A DNA stretch of 64,000 nt from Phallusia mammillata (lineage: Eukaryota), in NCBI GenBank assembly GCA_965637545.1, contig OZ281500.1:19282001-19346000 (forward strand). The letters are read 5' to 3'. The notes under the pieces were generated by a model. The model was not told the DNA's origin, did not search any database, and saw only the letters and a program-made list of their open reading frames with translations. The translations under genes and the position numbers were made by a program. The number at the start of each line of letters is the position of its first letter. Position 1 is the first letter of the stretch. Positions 60,395 to 64,000 of this stretch are shown here, piece after piece.

Positions 60395-61616
60395 GCTTAG
60401 GCCAATCACAGGCGCATACGTCAAATCTAAACTTCTGTGTTGGACACACATACCGTTGCATTGCATGTCGAGAACAAGAAACGCTAATGAATGATTTAAA
60501 AGCAATTTTGCGGGCAATCATAAAAAGGCTTACTGTGAAGTTTTAAAACACGATACTTTATTTGCATCTATGTTAAACCAAAAACCCTTATTTATTACAT
60601 CAACATTTTGAAAAGTTTTGCAACCATAGACATGTCTCGAAATCTTTTTTGTTGCATGACTTGCGTAAATTCCTGATGTGTTTCTTTAGCGCCATGGTGC
60701 GTTTTTTATTTTTTTGGCGGTGAATTTGTTTTTTATTGTTTTTGTTTCAATTGTATCTTCGATAGATAGGCAAGGTCTGAATGCGTTATGCTCACAATAA
60801 GTCCGCCATCGAGATGCTTGTTTTTTTTTTGTTTTTTTTTTAAAAAGTTCTTTTGTTTTGTTTAAAATCATTTTTTAACCCACAACATTGCAAACACAAA
60901 GCGGTTGCGCAAACCACTCGGCCATCTTGGAGGTTCTGGTCGCCATGAGCAAACCATATAACACATTAGTAACAAACATACAACTCACAACATGTTATTT
61001 GGATAAAAATGCAAGTTGCCGTTTTCATTAAGTTTTGTACGAACACAGCCGTTTTGTTCAAATATGCTCAAAGTGCATACCTTTGCACCCAAAGAAAAAA
61101 CATTTATCGAAAGAAATGCCTTTACATTTTAAAAGAAGTATCAAGATCTAAAAAAAATCCTACACGTGGTCAACGATGAGCTAAAAGTTATTTTTTCTTA
61201 CAATTTCAAAACAAATTATAAATCTATTTTTAGTACTTTGCATTTTAGCCTACCTTATAGCCATCGATGCAAATGATAGCTGGTCTTTAGTTAGCAGTGA
61301 GATCATTATAGCTGTCACGGCAAATCGGTGATTACCTCCTCATTTTAGACCGGTAGACGAACGTCACAATATCCGCAAAACGACAATGACGTCAGACTTC
61401 TGCTGTCAATTCGGTAAACACCATTCAGTTACAGGGGGAAACATTGAGCTACCTTAAAGCATGTGAATATTTGGTTAAATTAGTGTATGAGGCAATCTGT
61501 TTTTGTTTTTTTGTTTCAATTTGCAACCTATACATTCGTCGCACATAGCGGGGCCTGGTTTTTGAATTTATACCCTTTAAGCTCTTAAACTGTAGTTAAA
61601 ATCCAAATGATTGATT

Positions 61617-61662
61617 TTCAATCAAACGCTTGTCAAAATCAAACGCTTGTCAAAATCAAACG
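61617..61662. repeat. Short tandem repeat (17-bp period, ~2.5 copies)
   Basis: AATCAAACGCTTGTCAA repeated. Confidence 0.7.
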
Positions 61663-64000
61663 GTCTATAGGTTTTATAGGTTACATAAAGTATGTATGGG
61701 AAGAATTTTTCATTTGTTCTTTTCATATCAATCAAAAAAATATTCATATTAAAGAACTTAGTGACCGTATCAAGAGTGGTTAATCATTCAGAGTTTAATC
61801 TCCAGTTTCGGACAATCGTATTAATTACCAGCTGACAAAGTGCCCTTAAAAAAGGCTAATCACCATCGGGAAGCTACCGCAACTCTCTCCGCTCGCTTTG
61901 GCAATCAAAACACATTTTCCTCGAACTTTAGCCGTTAAAACTTACGTCCGTTTCCAGGCGTTTGACATTACAGACGGGTCGCATATTTTCATGAATCCCA
62001 AAGACACGAGCATGCTACCCGCTCTATCCGTTAATTATGACGCAACAAAGGGCTTCCGTACACGCAATCGATGTGCTGAGTTTCGCCAGTTAAGGGTTTG
62101 TTTACAACCGGTACGGGGCGTCATTGCCATAACGAGCGGTTTTTCCTCGAGAAAACTTACTACAGGTACTGCGGGAATTTACAAATTTCATAGTCAATGA
62201 AAGATACCCCACTTGACTGGTAGACGAGGTGTTTAAAGGTGCGTTGAAAAGAAAGATGCGTTCTTTTCCATAGAGGCTTGGTTGATAAGTGTATGTCAGT
62301 GCAGGACAAGTCTATATAAAGTCTATATATATTCTATAGAACAGTTGCAGACTAGGTAAAATTTAAAAGCAAAGCCCGCTTTGACCTGCAAGGGCATATT
62401 TAGAAAGATTACTCAACAAAACCTGTTTTTTAGTGGAGTTAGACAAATGTACCTCATTGGGAATGCTGAGTTGTTGTATATAATTTGCTGCTGTCCACGT
62501 GGCTGGAAGTTGTAGTAAAGTTTGTTGAACATATTTTAAGTTTGAACCATTCAATGTATTGCACAAGTTATGGTCACCAATAGCCGGTCATTTTGTCTTT
62601 GTGTTTTATGACATATGTAGTTTTGTAACAAATATCATAAAAGAAAACATAAGTTAAAGACCTTTCGGAACTGTTTGTTGACTTTACATTTTTTTTGTCT
62701 AATTTTCGTATTTTTATGTCAACATGGTGTTAAAACGCCTTTATTGGTTCTGTTTGTTGTAAAAGTCGACAGCGTTCGACTAAACACCCTAGTTCGCATT
62801 CACATTGAATTTAAAGCGTTCCATTCGTGTTCAGTCGGGCTGTTTAAAATCTTTCGTTAGACACGAAGTAAAACACGAAGATCTTTAACGTCGTATTGAT
62901 TGTGGTTTGAATCACAAAGGTCAGGTACCGTCACATGGTGAGCTTCGAAGACGGAAACTTCTTTGTATTTGGTGCAAGGTACTTTTTCGTTTCTTGCTGC
63001 AGGGCTGTTTGCTGCAAAATCCTGGCAACTAAACGGTCGAGCGTTAATAATATGTTTTTTTTTCATATTTTTATGTGAGGAATGGTATTGTGAGGGTTGT
63101 TGTGTAGTGATAGAAGAAAGAGCTCGATTTTGGTATCTGTGGCATTGTTTGTTGGGTCAGAATCAGGACATTCTTTGTATTATTTCATTCAAAAGCAAAA
63201 CAGTTTGGAATTAAAAAGCAAAAGAACGTTATCAATAAAGAAATTTCATAAGGTTCTAAAAGTATGTGATATTCATTTTTCCGAAAGTGCAACCATATGT
63301 CTCTAAGTTTAGCAACTGTTGTTGGCGTCTCAGCGCTATACGCGGATATATATGTCGTTTAAGTGCAGATTTGTTGTCAATACTTAAACGTTACATGGAC
63401 GTGTATGTAAAAAACGTTGTCTTGACAACAACAGGAAGCAAGAGGAAGCAGCAGAAGTCGCCTGACCTTCGTAAACGGATATGACTAAGCTCATTTCACT
63501 TTGCCATATTGCCCTGTTTGCACATGAGAAATGCTTGAATTTGAAAGTACAGTATCCTCGATTCAGAGAATTTTCGATGTCAATTCTCCCAATTGCAGAA
63601 GTAATTGGTTTGTGGCTCGAGGTGTATGCTAAAAGCAAGCTGTAGGAAGACATGATGTGCGTACCTCGCGACAAAAGCTAAACCATAACGGTAAAAGAGA
63701 AAAAATGTCTCTTGGTACAAATACTAAAGGACGTACATCAGAACTCATAAAAGGTAATATGAAAGCAAAGAAAATTTTTTGCTCTAAATATTTTGATGAT
63801 AAGTTTAACTTGCTTAATATTAATTTGGCATAGTTTTGATGTTCTTGTAAAACACGTTTTGGTTTAGCCGAAAGGCTTTACTCGTCATCTTTTGTCCCCA
63901 TTTGCCCTCTCTGTCAACAAAGTTTATGTGACACGCCTTTTCAACGCCTTATTAATCATTCCAAGTATAAACGCAAGTGTGCACGTCGATTAGTTGTTTG

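Noticed and set aside
63266-63674. ORFs and splice-like sites near the window end
   Set aside because: Phases do not join and nothing is recognisable; a gene continuing past the window cannot be excluded.
1-64000. tRNA, rRNA, snRNA, tRNA-derived SINE, telomeric repeat
   Set aside because: No paired A/B boxes with a cloverleaf, no conserved rRNA or snRNA motif and no telomere tract seen by eye; tRNAscan-SE and Infernal would be decisive.

Overview
This is AT-rich, intron-containing eukaryotic DNA, not prokaryotic. Gene content, intron sizes and mosaic CpG depletion suggest an invertebrate chordate such as an ascidian (inference). The window opens with about 21 copies of a palindrome-rich ~194-bp tandem satellite (1-4248; the array likely extends left of the window). 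Its last unit has a 208-bp BTF3/NAC-beta 5' fragment inserted at the axis of the unit's 14-bp palindrome. Four spliced genes were rebuilt by hand with phase-consistent GT-AG junctions: a DUF1295 steroid-reductase-like membrane protein (-, 6 exons, 256 aa); an SLC5 sodium:solute symporter of the SLC5A5/6/8/12 group (+, 13 exons, 628 aa); TEAD/scalloped (-, 12 coding exons plus an alternative N-terminal exon, 441 aa from the first AUG); and a 3xIg-TM-TIR interleukin-1-receptor-like gene (-, 15 exons, 646 aa). Introns hold many hAT-type and pogo/Tigger-type MITEs. No tRNA, rRNA, CRISPR array or autonomous transposase was recognised. Best leads: gene-fragment capture at a satellite hairpin tip with a templated fold-back junction; possible non-AUG initiation and duplicated N-terminal exons in TEAD; and an IL-1R-like receptor with a degenerate TIR domain. 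All coordinates were counted by eye and may be off by a few bases.
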